Below, one piece after another: positions 1-13,350 of a stretch of DNA of 64,000 nt. A program made the position numbers and the translations under genes. The DNA is taken from assembly GCA_002633005.1 (NCBI GenBank), contig NMRA01000005.1, positions 1,789,048-1,853,047 on the forward strand, given 5' to 3'. This DNA comes from Phoronis australis (Eukaryota > Animalia > Phoronida). The notes beneath the pieces were generated by a model that saw only the letters and a list, made by a program, of their open reading frames with translations, made no database searches and had not been told where the DNA came from. The number at the start of each line of letters is the position of its first letter. The first letter of the stretch is position 1.

Positions 1-98
1 TATGACAAACGTTTTATCAGATCTCCCAACTGAAATCAACTGACTGAAGACAGTGACTGTAACAAGTTGCTTGCAAACCATGGGAGTATCATGATCAC

Positions 99-1662
99 CT
101 TTATCCCAGCTGACTTTGGCCTCTGCTACATTCCAAATAATGACATAATCCTCAGCAGCCGAGCACAGGAAGGTCGGCTGTTGACTGTGGCTGAATACAA
201 GACAACACACCTTGTGTTTATGTCCTTCTAGCTCTAGCTGAGGCTGAAAAAGTGATGACACAAGTTCAAAAATAATCTGCTAGTAAAATGACGCCACAGA
301 GGTCACCAAGAACACAGACCTGTTGACAATGCAAATATTCATGTCATTTTCTTGAAGTCCCATGCAGAATTATTAAGTTAAAATTGCTAACTTCAAAAAG
401 CTAAAATTAATTAAATTAGCAACAAATACAGTAAATCAACCCATAAACCCCATTCAGTTCACAATGTTATCTTGAGTAATTAGGACAGCTAAGTCGTTAT
501 ATTAAAATAACAAAACAAAAAGTTCCAACCAAAAACAAAGGTATTTATTGTTTTCAAATAAGACACTGCATGGGACTGAACTATTTATATGATAACCAGC
601 AGATACATGACTTATGTATAATAATATTTCTAAAAACATCACAATATTGAAAATAGAATGCTTCAACTCTATCAGTGCATAGACTTTTCCACACAATTAA
701 ACAATTAAAACCTAAATACATTTTTCACGTTCAAAGGCTTCTAACATTGTTGTGGACACCTAAAATGTTTAAAAACATTGTTCATTGGTAGTAATATGCA
801 GCAAAGTTTGAATATGGAAAATCACCATTTTGTAGGGTACATTATTTATGAAAAAGTGAGAAAATAACGTTTCACCTGTCCACCATATTGACATCTAAAT
901 TGGTGAGGTTTTGTCATGCTAATGATGACTGTCACAGCGCCCCCACATGGTGGGTAACAGTCACTTACAGTGGTTCCGCATTTTGAAAACAAGTTTCGTC
1001 TACTAATGGGCATCAAACTGGTTCTTAAAATCCAGGCAGTTGCCAACATTGGAACCTAAAGCTTTTGATAAAATTCAGGTTGCAACATGCAGCCAAGTAG
1101 AGTTTGTGAGGTCAAAATGCACTGATTCTGAAAGGTGTCCAGGCGGCTTTGTTCATCAAATCACTCAATCTCTCACTTAGCAAACAAGGTGGAGTTCCGT
1201 TAAATGTGTTGTCATCTTGGGATGAAAGTTTGCATGAGGTTGCTAATCAGACAAGATCTCATGAGAAGGCAGAAGACCACGGTTTCTGCCAATCTTCAGT
1301 ACCATCTTCCTTTTGAAGGAGACGTAATGCCTCTGAGGGGCTAGGATTTTAATTTTGTAAGTATAGTGTCCAGCACACCAGATTTAATTTGAATACGATG
1401 AACTTTCCTGGATGGATCAACAACTACATTTTATGATCAAGTGCTATAATTTTTTTAACAGTTTAAATACATCTAATACAAGTATACAAATTAGTTATCA
1501 GTAAGTAATAAAAACCTTTGAATGAGCACTGTCCACATTCCAGACTCCAATTGACGTCCTCACAAACGGCAATGCAAAGAGATCTCCATTACACGCCACT
1601 TGAATGTGTGACAAAGGAAATGGAGTTCGTATGGCCTGATGGTGGACAAATTTTGAAGCCAT
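99..1662 (-). CDS. WDR27: WD repeat-containing protein 27, first two coding exons (1662-1516, 243-99); the gene continues beyond the left edge
   Basis: The spliced translation MASKFVHHQAIRTPFPLSHIQVACNGDLFALPFVRTSIGVWNVDSAHSK|PQLELEGHKHKVCCLVFSHSQQPTFLCSAAEDYVIIWNVAEAKVSWDK(G) resembles the recalled human WDR27 N-terminus (SHVQLAC...CIWN...LRGHHQPITAMAFG...LICSASLDYVIMWN). Splice sites are canonical and the junction is phase 0. A probable non-coding first exon has its donor at about 3349. Confidence 0.8.
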
Positions 1663-3429
1663 GAACTTCTGGAACAAAAAAGAAAAAGTACATGATAAAG
1701 CAGCCATAAAAATGGAACAGAAAAGTGAAGAATGACTTTGACAATATAATAACTCAATAATTTAGTATGTTATATAAGTGCTAAATTCAGTGCAGCGAAA
1801 TTTCAGTAAGTTACTTACAGGGGAGCTCCTCATTTTGAAAATAATTTTCTTCCCTAAATAATGGGTATGAACTGGTTTTCAAAATTTAGGACCCCTGTTA
1901 GTGACAGTTGCCAAAATTTAAACTATGTAATCCTCTAAATCAATAGGTAACAGAGAATCCATTTAGCGGTGGAAATAAACATTAGAAACACAGACCCTTT
2001 CACAGCAGTATCTTGTGCTTGCCAATATTAGATAAGAACAGAAACTGCCAGCATCATCCCGGCCTGATAACAGCTGATCTGAGTTCCTCTTTTGTGGAAC
2101 AGATCAACTACAGAGGCACATTTACCCTTTCTTTATGCAGTCATGATCTTTTGAAAAAAGCAGGAATTTTCATTTATAAATTTGATGACACTAGGACTGC
2201 TCTAATACTTTTCCACTATATGTAAACCTTAATCATAGTATTCCGAGCATAGAAGCTCAAAATGATATTTGTCTTTTATACAAGCCATTCCGACCCTGCA
2301 TATACCAAAGGTTTTTGGCAAATTATTTATTAATCACATTGGCTTTCGTTAAAAAGTCATGTATATATATCTTTCAGGTATTAGGACCTTTGGAGTCTTT
2401 ATATCCTTCCAACTCTATAAAAATACTTCAGTAATTAAGATTTAATACAAATACATCTCTTCTGTTGTCAAAGAAACCATGAAAAATAACTGCAATAGCA
2501 AAATCTGGCAGATCACGGTTTTGTGCATTAGTGATCGGCTTTTAATCATTAAAATACTCTCAAGGTCGCATAGGACAACCATGGTCGTGTGATTGAAAAC
2601 CCGCATGCTAGAGACAAGCACACAGTGATGAGATCGCAACAGAAGTGGGTCAAACACAAAAAATGTTGATTGCACATGAAAAGAATCCTACAATGACATG
2701 TCACAATGCAGTGGAGACTTCGATCAGGTTTGCACTATACAACACATGCCCATCATAAACACCCAGGCTGGGGACGACAATGGTATTTTTAAATTTCCCT
2801 TCTCAAAGTTTTTCAATAAAAGTAAATAGATCGTGAAAATTACACGTGACAAAGGTTTTTGAATTTTGAAAAACGGACAAGAAATATGCGACTTTTACAA
2901 CCTAAAATTTTGTATAATGTCGCTCTATCATGTTCCTCATTAATTCCACTGGGTGTGCAACATAATTGAGCCAATTACCAAGCAGCGAGGCAGATACCAA
3001 GTCTCATCCAACAATTCTTGGCATGATAATGGGAGTGAGTCGAGCTGGAAGGAACTGAATATTGATTGAGGACACAATAATCTCCAAAGTGACCAGCGAT
3101 TCATACAGTATTGTGACATTGATACTTTAACCAATGTATAGCACAATTTTCAGAAAACTTTCTGGTGATCAGGATTCATTTGGATGAGTGCCACCTCCAC
3201 CCCGCTCCCCAAGATTCGAATGTATGAGCTTGATGATGCATATTTGATAGCCTGGGCTGACTGTCGAAGAGACTATAAACTGTCATTTCAAATGACTTGC
3301 CTTGCTAATTAGTGATGCAATTCAGCAAATTCAGAATAAAACGTATTACCTGATGAGTTAATTTAATTAAAATTCAGCTATAGTGACAATTTTCTACGGC
3401 CTTATTACTTGAGTTCAATATTTGGCTGG

Positions 3430-3566
3430 TGAAAAGCGTCATAACAACCGAGCATGGGCGCTGCCATCTTGAAAATTAAAACGAGGCTTACAGTCAAAGG
3501 AACCAATCAACGTAAAGGTCATGTTTTTCAAATGAACTTCTGACAGACAGGTGATTGCAGGTGAGT
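3430..3566. promoter_or_regulatory. Putative bidirectional promoter of WDR27 and KATNBL1
   Basis: Divergent first-exon donors lie at about 3349 (minus, CAG|GTAATA) and 3561 (plus, CAG|GTGAGT). Between them are a YY1-like GCCATCTT (3463-3470), a CCAAT (about 3503), a degenerate X-box-like CGTCATAACAAC (3437-3448) and local CpG enrichment. Confidence 0.55.
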
Positions 3567-3813
3567 GTTGCTTTCCGATTCTTCTTCGTCTTTTTCTGCG
3601 AAATGATGCAAATTAGAAAATAAAATACAATTTAATCATGTATGTCAATTAAAAACGTCTGAAACAAGTTGACCTCAGTCTTAAATTAAATACAAGCATT
3701 TTAATTGGGATTATTTGTACTGATAGTTAGCTGAAGTTGAGCTTGAGCAAATTAATGGTTATTAATGCTAAATCTGAACTTCTCGTTTTTTGATTTGTAG
3801 TGTTTACAACATC

Positions 3814-6800
3814 ATGAACCGTAACCAAGACAATCAAGGGTTGATAGATGCTGGAGCAGGGTGGCTCAAGTGGGATTATCAACAGAATAAATATGTATGG
3901 ATCAACAAATCGTCTCCACTCAAGGTAAGCATTATTCATAACTTAGAGCAGAAGTTAATTCAAACTTCCATCTGGACCACCATATGTATTAATCCTGAGA
4001 GTGCTCAAAAACGGCTGTCCAAATTGACAATTTGTTTAATTTTTCAAGGAGAAATGAAGTATGGAAGCCATGCAGTGAAATGGATCAAAGCTCATGGAAA
4101 ATTTCATGATTCACTTTGCAAGTGAAAATCATAAGTTCATGCATTAGCAAAAGTGTGTCCACTTTTTCTTACCGATCAAAATGATCAGTCATGGAAATCC
4201 TGAAAACATGGGAAATAAAATTTTAAAATGAGTGGTGTAATGGCAATTGTCTGTGATAAATGTAAACCTAATGAATATTTGATTTGGAATTATTTCCCTT
4301 TTGTGTTTTAGAGGAAGCAGGTGGTGACAAGGGGAGTAGAAAATGAAGGAGAGAAGAGGTATTATTCAAGAAGTGTCAATTGTTACTGTTGTTTTCTATT
4401 TTTTCTCATGTCAGCTATCATGCTGAATTAGGCTAATGTAATCAAGATTGATAGTTAATTGCCCATGTTTGGCTAAATATCCACTATATATATTATTGTG
4501 TGCATGAAAACAATGTTAAGATATTTGTGATTATGTGAATTCATTTTTTCTAAAAAATCGCATTTTTAAACTGAGATATGCCGTATTTTCTATAAACTGT
4601 TTCTTTATTCTGTTAACTACAAAACAGTGTCTGTGATTTCCTTTTAAGGACTCCGAGAAATCCACTGTCAATATCAAGATGTCAATGTTTTTGAAAAAAT
4701 GGAAGTCTTGATTTTTGACGTCGGATTTCTCGGATTCAGAGGCCTCACAAGGAAATTCCAGACACAGTTTTATAGCTAATAGAACAAAAAACAATAGAAT
4801 TTGAAAGTTTGGAACGAAAAAAAAATGAATTTGTGGAAAATATTGTGATCTCCGTGAAAAGTTGTGATTTTTTACAAAACTGCAGTGACAACAAGCCTGT
4901 GAATATTGTTTTCATGCCCAAAATAAGATTCTCCAATTCAAAAGGATTTTGAAAATATATAGTTTTATGGGCTTATACTATTAATAGTTGAAAGTTATTT
5001 AAAGAAATCTTTGGTTACAGTACTGGTAGACAGTGACCTTAAGTGAATTCTCACTTTAATCACCTCCCAAACAGGAAAATCACTTTGTTGAATTCATGGG
5101 TAAATGTTGTCTGCATTCTACCCAATGTTTTAATTGCATGTGTGTAGTTATCAACATCTCAGGATCAGAACTGGGGAACACGACCGCTTCTAACACTGGG
5201 GACACATTACATAAGGGGTTTACCCTTTTTAGTCTCCTGTGAAAAGTAAAAGGGAAATGGGAGTGAATAGCTCAAATTCAAGACAATGAAAATATGCAGC
5301 AACACATTAACACAAATGGCATTACCCTACATAGTTATTTCAATCATCGCGTACATCAAAAAGCTGGATAGTGCTATGGTGATACATGGGACCAGGGCTT
5401 CATCTAGGATTTCGAACATAGGGTGTCCAAANTTAATGCTATGGTGATACATGGGACACAACTTCAAAAATGTGGGACAGTTGGCAACAATGCTAATGGG
5501 GAGTGGTTACATAATCCAAAGTGGCAGTTCGGGTGTGCCTATTCTCCCTGACTTTTGAGAGTTTCAATTTGAAGGACATGAGCATTATGCTGCATGGGTA
5601 CAATAGCAGGGGGCAAATTGATTGATTAGTTCATAATGAGAATCAGTGTGCAATAAAGTCACCAATTTTCACAATACCGGTATTGTTTGTTTTTCAGAGT
5701 AAAACATATGGGTTTTAAACTTCAAGGAAAGAAGGCTATTCGTCAACCACTTGCTGTTCACAATGAACAGGAAAGAAAGGTTAGTATATTTATGTTGTTG
5801 GCTTAAATATTGGCAATTAATATTGTGAAAGTTTGAATATAATTCATTTTTTCTTCCCTGTATCTATAATTAAAGTTTGGTTAGAGTACTTGCATTTCAC
5901 TGTGCATTGAAGACATCACACTTGTAAGTGGTGATAAATCTCTTTTCAAGAAAAAGTCTCCAGTGAAAGCCAATAAAGCTGCCAAAGTTCAAAAGCCAAT
6001 GGGAGGGCGGATCATTGCTAATGCTAGAGCAGTGAACCCATCATCACACCAACAGGCAGGGAATTTGGGTGATGATAGTGTGATTCTGGATCAGGTATGA
6101 AATAAATTTACAATAAATTTTTAAATATTCCAAAGATGAATGAAGCTACCGAACTCATTATCGCTGTCTGTATCTATTAATATTCATTTAGTAATTATTA
6201 TTTGTGTTGGTATTGGTGTTATTGCTACTGCTATGAATCATCATAATATATGTTGTCTATATTATTAATATTTCAATTAAAACTGCATTTCACCCTTTTT
6301 ATCGAGCTGAAAAACAAAAATCAAATCTTAAACCTTTTACTCTCATAAAATCCTTCCAGTAATAGGATTCTATTTCCATTACCAATGAGAATGTTGTGAC
6401 CACCAGTAACTCTAGGAACAGCTTATATTGGAATTGGCCAACCATAAAATTGGAAATTTGTAAAATTTTGTGAATGTACACATTGCTTGAGACTTGAGTT
6501 GCTCAATAAACAGAATTTGTCAAACTAAGAAATGTTAAGAGTAAGGCATGATTCAATTTTTGTTTTTAGTCAACTAAACTTTTCAAGATGTAGGTGTATG
6601 TAGTAACTAGTAATTATATACCCAATCCATCTTTATTTAAATCAAAGGTTATACTTAGAAGTTCAACATAATTCAGTTTGCATTGCTGAAAAGTTATGTT
6701 TCTATCAGTTTGTGTTGTTGAAAAGTTGTGTTTTTAATTGTTATGTTGATGTATTGCTTCAGATTCAAAGAGGTCATGGTGCTATGTTGACAGTTCTTCA

Positions 6801-9800
6801 AGCACGTCACCTCAAGGTCAATGCTGCTAACACACTCTGGAGAACCGAAGGTGCTGTGGGTCTCATATCCTACCTTGTAAAGTGCAATGATGACTCCGTT
6901 GTGGCCGACTTTTTACCTCTTATTACAAAATGGTTTGTTCATTGCATAATTATTTGATGGGGGAAATTTTGATTTAGGTTCGATGTTGTTTCTATTCATT
7001 GAGGAAAACATAATTCATTTGGCAGCACACAAATAATTAAACAAACAGCAAGCTTTGATACAAACATAAAGTTGGTTTATATATGTTTTTTTCTTGACAA
7101 GATGTTTTATAAATCTTAATATTTTCTTGTGTCACAGTGTAAGTTTCTAAGCTCTACTTCATGACCTTAAACAGTGTTTTCCTTGCCTAATATTTTCTGA
7201 GTGTGTAGTCAGTACATTTTACCATGGAAACAGCACAGCAAATTAAAGCTATGAATCTATGAAAAAATACAAAGTCCAGAAGCCGATTCAAATCTGGGTG
7301 AGAAAAATTTTGAAACCAATTTATTATGGTAAGGTCCAAATCAAAAGTTAATTTGACAGTAAGTGGATTTATTAAGAGAGCAGTTGCAGCTTTTGATTTA
7401 TGGCTAATTGCTTGATATGGCGGTCGCTAAGGAACATTGAAAGTTGCCGGAAAAGGGACAATCAAATCCTTTTGAAGTAAAGAATTGAGGTGTGAAAATC
7501 TTGATTTGGTACAAAATGAATTGTTGAAATTGGCATCTTTTTACTTTTTAAAGGCTCATTATGTTACTACAAATGCTAAAAATTTCCTCTAACTGCTGTA
7601 ACCTAAGCTATCGACATACTAAAACTTTCTTCGATTTTGCTTTTGTGAGATATTTTACAAAAAATATCGCTAAGCTGTGTCCTAAACTGAAGATTTTTTG
7701 CCATATCCCTTTGATTACAGTTTGTACATTTAAAGACTCACTCAGTTCACTGACACATAATATGTATATTTCAGCATTAAAGACGAGAAGGTGCCAGTTT
7801 CTCTAGGTTCCTGCCAGGAACTCTTACCAGTTCTGAGCAAACTGTTAAACAGCAAATATGAGGAGTAAGTTACATGATGTTAGGGTAAAATCTGATCAGT
7901 TTTGGACAAAAGTATTAACCAAAATTGCACTTTTTCATTTTCCAAGGGCTTCTTTCATTGTTGTGTTCATGCCCACAGTTTTCCAAAATATTGTCTATTA
8001 CTAGCTATTGTACAGAACTTAAATATGGCGCAGGACTATTTTAATACTAAAATGAAAAAATTAAATTTAACCTGTCTGCCACATTGTGTCCTAAATAAGT
8101 GAGATTTTACCGTATTCATCCCATTATGCTCAATGTTTGTAACTACAGAAATGTATAACATGGTTTGGTATATATGTCCATCAGTCTCATTGAAGTTTTA
8201 TTCTGAACTGACCGAGGTTGCAGGAAAAAAAATATTGAGAATTCATGTATTGCATAATGACACAGTTTTAAAGTAATTAAATAAATGTGTATTTACATGA
8301 AGCCCATAAGGAGTGAAATCTTGATTATTATAATGAAACATATCTAACATGTATCAGTGTTATTCAAATATCGATGTTGTGAGGATGATGGTATATACTA
8401 TGAAATGATCTAACAATGAATTAGTTAATTATACATTTTACTCTCAGTATAAGGCTTCAAGATCAAGATTAGTTTTGAATTGTTTTTCATAATTTATACT
8501 GATTAACCAACCAAGAAACAGGGGGCATGTTGCCTTATATAAGTCCAATATCTTAGGAGTAATGGCAGAAAAGATTTTGCAAAGATTGTCGTTAATATGA
8601 CGAGCCTGGAGGCTTCAAGGAATTTTGAATTGTGGGAGAAAATGGTTCGTAAATTTTGTTTACAAAAGCCAACATTTCTCAGTGCATGTGTACCACGAAA
8701 ATGTAGCATTAGGAAATGTGCCCTTGGATTCATAATTTCACTCCTGAATGGTATCACCGATTCTACGAGAAAACTTTTGAAATGTAAAACATTACAAATA
8801 GTTCCTTTATTTTAGCTACATCAACAAGACTCTTGACTTATTGAGGGCAATACTTAAACAGTGGTGGAAGGACTTAAGCACTTATAATGAGAACGCCCAA
8901 GGCAGGATGTTGAGGAGCAGGTAAGTAATACATATTCTTAAAATCACCGAGCATAAGCAAACAATTATCACTGAAAATAGGAAATCTGAAATGAGTAGAC
9001 TTAAAGACTAAGTACATTCTGCCATTTTTTTAGGGATCGTAAAAGGAGGATCTCAGTCTTTTTTGGGTTTGATTTCCTCTTTAAATTCCAGTTTCCTCTT
9101 TTTTGTCTCTTTTTTAATAATTATTTTGACTTTATTCAAGCAAAACCATTTCTTGCATTTAATTTTACAACACAAAAGTATTTCTGTCACATAAGCACAT
9201 TTATTTGTGGAATGATACATCACCTAGAAAATATCCTCTTTTTGTCACTTGTCATTACAAGCCTTGTTTTTTTTCTAAAGCACCCATTTCTTTAATTGGG
9301 CCACTTATCACTTTGTGTCTTACCTATGATTATAGCTAATTTCTGGTCATCAGTGAGTGGTTGCATATGGGACTTGATTCTGTTCCCTAAACTTTCAGAG
9401 CAATGATGGACTTTGTGCAAACATTTTCGTATGCTATTTCATCTTCATTGCTCTGTCAAGTTTTTAGCTTTGATACACAGCTCATGCCAATGGCTGAATT
9501 CTTAGCGTTATTAAAAATAAATAGAGATCTTTTCATGCAATTCCCATGATTAAAGGCTTGTCCCTATTTTTGTCAATAACATTTAAGAATATGGGCACAG
9601 TTTTAAGGTATTATCAAAATGTCATCAGGAGCACTAAATATGATAATGTGACAAAAAAATAACACATTTGTGAGTAAACAGAGTCTACAAAATGTGCTGT
9701 TAATTTAGGAAACATAATTGATCCTTCTATTGGGACTTTTTCTTGCAACTGCCCCCAGGAGAACTGACAATCTTAGCTCTCCATCTTTAGTGCCCAAAGC

Positions 9801-11287
9801 AATGGTTGTTACTAGATTTAGAAGTTGTAAGGCTCTCTACCTCAACACAAAATACGATATTGTCCTGCATATGTGTTTTGTGGCTTTAAGCAGATTCACA
9901 AAATCGAATAAAAGATGACATGGTAAAATTTTACCAGTTTGGGAAACAATATGGCAAACAAGTGAAATTTTGTTTTCTCAGTTTTTGTGAATGGTAAGTA
10001 GCACCAAATATAATGTTTTACCTTTTTCAAATTCTTTACTATAGCCACCATGTTGTTGTCTAGATATGCAATTGTTCTTTCTGTTGTGAGTGAATGATTC
10101 CCCATAATCTCTCCCCTCTTAAGTATTTATAGAACAAATACAGGAGTTTTGTAATTTGAATATTTGCTCACACTGTGTTGTTAGTCCCAGTTGATGTTTG
10201 CGTATCTCTCTAGGAATATTCCATCTGTGTACAATGGTATTGTACAGATGTCTGATGTGATAAACAAACTAGCAAAACGTGAATGCAGCATTGGAGAGCG
10301 AGCCAGGGTATGTATAGATGTATGAATGTACGGGTATCATTTTGTTATAAGTATTATTAAATCTTATGGTGAATTTCATAAAGATTTCAAATTCAGATAA
10401 AACTTTTGGTTAAATTGTTGTTTTCCATTTTTTAAAACGCTTATCACATTTGCTAATAGTGCTGCAAAGTTTTGCTGTGTTAAATGATTTTAATCATTAA
10501 AAATCAATTGCATTGGGCATTCTTGTTGAAAACGTTGCTTCCAAACAAAGAATATATTCTCGATTTGTCCCATTTACTGTTACAGAACCTGTCACTTGTT
10601 GCTCCTTATACTCATATACATTGCAAGAAAAAAACAATCAGACAAAATATTGTTTCCCATCATGGCAGATCGTTCTGCTAACAGCACCAATGACTGGTAA
10701 AACTTTTATGCTGACAAAATCGTAATTACAAAATGCTTCAGCCATGCCACTAACATCTGTTCTTGTCAGTTCCCCTTCATTCATGAGGGAAATCTACTCT
10801 GGTGAAGAATTTGTTATGATCAGGAATTGCCTCTCAGTACTTTTGCCAGGTACATTAAGGAGATGATTTCTGGTCTTGAGAAAAACACTTCAGTATTGCT
10901 GGTGACCAGCTTCAATAGGTTGGCTCGTTATCAGGCGCATCATTTTATGCACCGAGCATGGTCTCAAGTACAAACAAACTATCAATTCTACGCGAAAGAC
11001 CAGATATCATTCCCCATCTGAGTAAGAACCAAGCTGAGACCAGTTGCATAGCTGTAAATAGGCTCATCAAAGTTAGATTCTGTGATGGATGGATGGTTTA
11101 TTAAAGTTTAAAATTTTAAGGGAATGAGAAACTCTTCATTAACATAATGGCAATGCCTCATTTATCAAAACTAATGGACAAAGTTTTTCATTGCATGTCG
11201 TGAATGAAACTCAAAAGTACTTGTATTTAATATGTTGATGATCAACTGTTATTACAGCTGCTCACAGTATTTCTGCGTCAGATGTAG
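3814..11287 (+). CDS. KATNBL1: Katanin p80 subunit B-like 1, about 290 aa; exons 3814-3924, 4312-4358, 5698-5779, 5951-6094, 6763-6932, 7775-7864, 8816-8920, 10214-10307, 11258-11287
   Basis: Nine GT-AG exons join in frame (873 nt). The C-terminal part (IQRGHGAMLTVLQARHLKVNAANTLWR...DDSVVADFLPLITKC...VSLGSCQELLPVLSKLLNSKYEDYINKTLDLLRAILKQWWKDLS) matches the katanin con80 domain of KATNBL1. There is no WD40 N-terminus, which argues against KATNB1. Confidence 0.88.
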
Positions 11288-11834
11288 ATGAATCAAGACT
11301 TACATCACACTAGCTGATTGTAACCAGCAGACAAAGTGGGACCGACTGATGAATAAGAGCAGACGTGTGTTGTAATCTACACTTCCTATGACACTGGCAA
11401 ATCTAGGATTTCGTCCAAGCAAAAATTTCCATGGGAAAATGTCTGTTAAGCTCCTAAAACTCGTCCGTAGGTGGGCCTGACCACCTAAGTTCCCTAAATC
11501 CACCTACATATTTTTACACTTGAACTGCATTGAGCAAACCCTCCCAAGACTTCAAAAATGTGCGTTGTAACCAAATCAGCTTCTGTATAGTAGTTTTCCT
11601 GAAACCTATGGAATGGAACATTGAACTAGTTTAGTAGCACAATGTGACTGTACTAACATTGCTAAAGGTTAATAATTTCAAATTACTCATTAATTATAGA
11701 GCATTTTTGTTTCTACTAGGTGAAATTGACATTTATCTGCAGTAACAGGATACAAGCATTCCGTATCGATCAAAACATTCCCATTTGTTTTAAATTTTTT
11801 CTTGTATTCAACATTGTTGCTAAAGGTCAACCAC

Positions 11835-11900
11835 TTACTGGCTACCTTCACAGTGGTGTACAGTTTACTGGCTACCTTCACAGTGGTGTATAGTTTACTG
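11835..11900. repeat. 30-bp direct tandem duplication (about 2.2 copies)
   Basis: TTACTGGCTACCTTCACAGTGGTGTA(C/T)AGT occurs twice, followed by TTACTG. Confidence 0.85.
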
Positions 11901-12374
11901 CCATCATGTGCTCAATGTATTTATAATTTTTAGAAATTTAGTTAGCATCCAAGGCTAGTAAATTGTGTGAATGTGATTTTGAGTGATAATGAGACTGGAC
12001 AGCTTTGTAAAACTTTCAATCCTCTTTTGGGTTTGAAAATGTACGTTTGATTTAACATGCGTGTTGTTTATATCATAAGTGCTTGTAATATCTAGTAAAC
12101 CAACTAATTCTGCTCAGTTTTTGACTATTTTTTGACATTTTAAATACTCATAGGATCGCACGGGTGCCTTCAGCGTCAGTTTTGTCAAGATCACGCGAGT
12201 ATCTTCAATGTATGTATTCTAAATGTCCTTATTACGTTCACTCGCCAGTTACAATCCATTATCGAATACACCCGGGTCTTGTCCTTATCAAATGATATTG
12301 GTTTTTGTTTGAGTTGGCCATGTTGAAGCCTAATTTATACAACAATTTACATACATCTGTTCAATAACAGTCAA

Positions 12375-12413
12375 TTTATTGTATCCACTGCTCAAATGTA
12401 GAAGCAGAATAAA
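12375..12413. terminator. Candidate opposing polyadenylation signals of ERO1 (minus, 12380-12375) and KATNBL1 (plus, 12408-12413)
   Basis: TTTATT at 12375-12380 and AATAAA at 12408-12413 lie roughly midway between the two convergent stop codons. Confidence 0.35.
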
Positions 12414-13350
12414 CTTTGTATAATTTCAACAACACACTGAAGTAGAAGTGAAACATATTAATGAAGTATTGACCTACTGAATCATGTGAAGTGATATTAA
12501 GTACATCAAACAGTTTCCACTTGAAGTAAGCTTTCCTCCGATATTTGTAAATTTTGACAACAGTAGTTCAAAATTAACAATTTTGCTACGAATGCATAAG
12601 GCACTGTTCAACCAATTACAAATTTAACTAAAAAAATCACTGCATAAATATTCATGACATCTCAAAATGTGAAAGTAAACTTTTTGACAAACACAAATAA
12701 AACTACTTAGAGTCATAATACATTATTACACGACCACTGGTACTTCTGTCCTGTGATTGGCTAAAACACAGTGCGACAACTTCCATCATGAGGTGACGTT
12801 CATCAGCTAAGAAAATCATTTTTCATTAAACAACTCCCGGATATTGTTTTTGTAATCTGACCAATTACATACAACAGAAATTGCAAATAAAGCAGGCAGG
12901 TGACGGTACGTCAAAGTAAATAAGAACATGCCAATCTAATAAAAGAAAAAATCATCCCAGGAATGTAGTCTAAGTGGACGCACATTTGTACATTAACTCC
13001 CAGGGTAAAGGCTAAAACATTAAAACGTCCAAAGGTGTTCAGATTACACATTTTTAGGAAACCAAATTTTGACAAAGCGTACCCTGATATAAAATATTCT
13101 TTCTAATACACCTGCAAATTCTGAGATGAAAGTATATTTTACAGATGAACTCTTTGAAAAGTGATATCACTACATTTCTGACTAATAGTCCACAACAACA
13201 AAAACAATGTAATGACAAAACGGTAAAAGGTCAAGTGTAATGCTTTAAAATTAAAGCAAATGTTTTACTACTGGAAGCTAATTCTCAATCAAATCTCCAA
13301 TAAATTATGTTCTGCATATGACCAACAGTAAGCTATGCTTCTCTGCTTCA

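Noticed and set aside
5371-5457. 21-bp direct repeat flanking a CAGGGCTT-starting fragment
   Set aside because: It straddles a single N, so it is most likely a collapsed heterozygous insertion or contig-join artefact rather than a true TSD.
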